A stretch of 64,000 bases of DNA from Candidatus Sumerlaeales bacterium (lineage in GTDB: Bacteria > Sumerlaeota > Sumerlaeia > Sumerlaeales > Sumerlaeaceae): NCBI GenBank assembly GCA_038243585.1, contig JBBSQY010000002.1, forward strand, positions 1 to 64,000, given 5' to 3'. This document shows positions 62,126-64,000 of the stretch, one piece after another. A program made the position numbers and the translations under genes. Every line of letters begins with the position of its first letter. The first letter of the stretch is position 1. The notes beneath the pieces are model-generated. The model worked only from the letters and a program-made list of their open reading frames with translations, was not told the origin of the DNA and did no database searches.

Positions 62126-64000
62126 TTATGGGGCTTTTGGTGTCAGTCGATCAAGAACCTCTTCCAGTTTCAGGGCCTTTCGCGCCAGTTCATAATCCTT
62201 CCATGGATCACTCTTTTGTTGGGCAAGTCGACCTGGTACCGTCTTGATGGTAAATTTCGTAGGGTCCAGTTTTACAGTAACTTCGCTCCACGCGATAGGG
62301 GTCGCAACCGTCGCCCCGGCTCTAGCTCGTGAAGAATAGGGGAGTACCGCGCTAGCGGTTTTGCGGTTGCGTAGAAAATCTACGTATACCTTCCCAATGC
62401 GCTTCTTTTTGCTCATATTGGCGGTGTAGTTGTCAGGGTCTGTCGCTTCCAGATAGCGAGCAATGGCTTCGGCGAACGAGCCAACGTCATCCCAATCTGC
62501 AGAGGGCACAAGGGGTACTACTACGTGAAGTCCTTTTCCTCCGGTTGTCATTGCGAAGGTTTCGAAACCGCATTTCTCCAGCAGGCTTTTAAGGGTTTTC
62601 GCCGCTTTTATGATTCCAGCCCATTCCACTTCCGGGCTGGGATCAACGTCAAAGACCATGCGGTCCGGGTGTTCTATATCGTCGGCACGGCATTGCCAGC
62701 CGTGAATCTCAAGAGTAGATTGCTGCACCAGGGTTTGGAGGGCAATGGGATCGGACATAAAAATATAAATTTCTTCCCCGCCCTTTACATCGACGTTGAC
62801 CGGCTCGATGCCTGGCATTTCAGCCAACTTGATGTGGCGTTGGTAAAAGCAGGGCTTTGAGCGACCAGCGGGGCAGCGTACAAGAGTCAAGGGACGGTTT
62901 GACTGCCATTGGTACGCTCGCTCCTGCACCGCTTCATAGTAATCGGCTAGATCTTTCTTTGTGTATTTTTCATCAGGAAAAAGAATCTTTTCCGGGCTTG
63001 TTATCTGGTATGGGGTGACTGTATTTTTGGTCTCTGAAGTTGTTTCTTTGGGCATTTTCACGAGAGTTATTGTTGGCTTTTCTACGGGGGAAGATTTTTT
63101 TGCCGCTGCTGTCTTTTCTGCCGCAGCCGATTTCGTCTTAGACGCCGCTTTGGCGGGTGTTTTCTCTGCAGCCTCTTTGCCTTGTTTTGGTAATTCAATT
63201 GTCACAGCGTCCGCCTTTTTGTCTTCTCGAAGGCCCTGAAACGAAGGGTGGCGCAGAAGACCTTCACTGGTCATTTCTGTGTAGGCAACTTCGCCAATAA
63301 GCTTTGGTTCAACCCAGTGAATCCCGCGGGTCCAGGAGCCTTTTGGTGGGTTCGAGAAGGGGCTGGTTTTTTGCTCAATTTTTGTTAACTGACCGTGGAT
63401 TTCCTTGAGACTTGCGTCAGTAAATCCTGTGCCTACCTTGCCCGAATATATCAAATCCTTTGCCTCATTATAGAAGCCAACCAGCAACGCGCCCATACCT
63501 TGGCGAGAGCCGCCGGGCTCTGTATATCCGCCAATTACGAACTCCTGACGGTTGGTACATTTTACTTTAACCCAGGAGTTACTGCGCTTTTCGACATAGC
63601 GGGAGGTAAGATCTTTTGAAATAATTCCTTCGAGGCCCATGCGACAGGCGTTCGTCCATACGTCGTCCCCAGATTCCTTGAAGTGCTCGCTAAAGCGGAT
63701 TGCATCGGACGGGGTGTAGGTCTGCATGAGTTGCCTGAGCAGATTTTTGCGGTCACTCAGCGTGCAGGCTTTCAGCATATAACCATTTAAATAAATCAAG
63801 TCGAACGCGTAAAATGCCAATGCTGGATTGGCTGTGCCTTTAATAGATTTTTGCAGGAGCTGAAAGCGGGTGACGCCTTCAGCGTCCAGTGCGACGAGTT
63901 CTCCATCCACTATGGCGGATTCGATGGGAAGACATGCGAGTTCCGCCGCGATATCAGGAAATTTCGAGGTCCAGTCTTTGCCGTTTCGGGTGGACAGCGT
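62126..64000 (-). CDS. ligD: NHEJ DNA ligase D (ligase + primase-polymerase domains); 5' part outside the window
   Basis: STRNGKDW, DGE, FDL, EGIISK, WVKVK, LRHPSFQGLREDK, RCPAG, FDVDP, TTGGKGLH, DFLRN. Confidence 0.95.
   Translation of the reverse strand, partial: TLSTRNGKDWTSKFPDIAAELACLPIESAIVDGELVALDAEGVTRFQLLQKSIKGTANPALAFYAFDLIYLNGYMLKACTLSDRKNLLRQLMQTYTPSDAIRFSEHFKESGDDVWTNACRMGLEGIISKDLTSRYVEKRSNSWVKVKCTNRQEFVIGGYTEPGGSRQGMGALLVGFYNEAKDLIYSGKVGTGFTDASLKEIHGQLTKIEQKTSPFSNPPKGSWTRGIHWVEPKLIGEVAYTEMTSEGLLRHPSFQGLREDKKADAVTIELPKQGKEAAEKTPAKAASKTKSAAAEKTAAAKKSSPVEKPTITLVKMPKETTSETKNTVTPYQITSPEKILFPDEKYTKKDLADYYEAVQERAYQWQSNRPLTLVRCPAGRSKPCFYQRHIKLAEMPGIEPVNVDVKGGEEIYIFMSDPIALQTLVQQSTLEIHGWQCRADDIEHPDRMVFDVDPSPEVEWAGIIKAAKTLKSLLEKCGFETFAMTTGGKGLHVVVPLVPSADWDDVGSFAEAIARYLEATDPDNYTANMSKKKRIGKVYVDFLRNRKTASAVLPYSSRARAGATVATPIAWSEVTVKLDPTKFTIKTVPGRLAQQKSDPWKDYELARKALKLEEVLDRLTPKAP

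Overview
Bacterial chromosomal window of about 45 CDS and 3 tRNAs. The pilin-like 'AFTLIELLIVVAIIAILAAIAVPNFLEAQTRAK' protein, golvesin-domain secreted proteins, a GH20 and a short C-terminal D-W-x-x-Y/F tail suggest Candidatus Sumerlaeota (BRC1); this is inference, not a database result. Housekeeping genes include rpoD, hisA, trxA, rluD, argH, ilvD, tkt, dapA, hisN, mqnE, dnaB and a partial ligD. They are interspersed with a truncated IS3 at the left edge, a tRNA-Thr/tRNA-Gly-bracketed accessory block, an orphan-ORF islet 3' of tRNA-Arg, a BlaI/BlaR1 pair and several secreted enzymes. Most notable: (1) a dinB-like/dnaE2 mutagenesis cassette with a LexA-type box, whose DnaE2 carries two identical GTAG-REP palindromes translated in frame (RDGSPSRPP); (2) a PurE-like/Clp-N/TsaC-like three-domain protein with degenerate active sites; (3) a membrane protein-wHTH-ispH-DUF4173 unit with two matching ACTTT-N7-AAAGT operators; (4) a shared C-terminal putative sorting tail on an ice-binding protein and a frameshifted amidase; (5) several REP/REPIN families. 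No CRISPR array or rRNA was seen.
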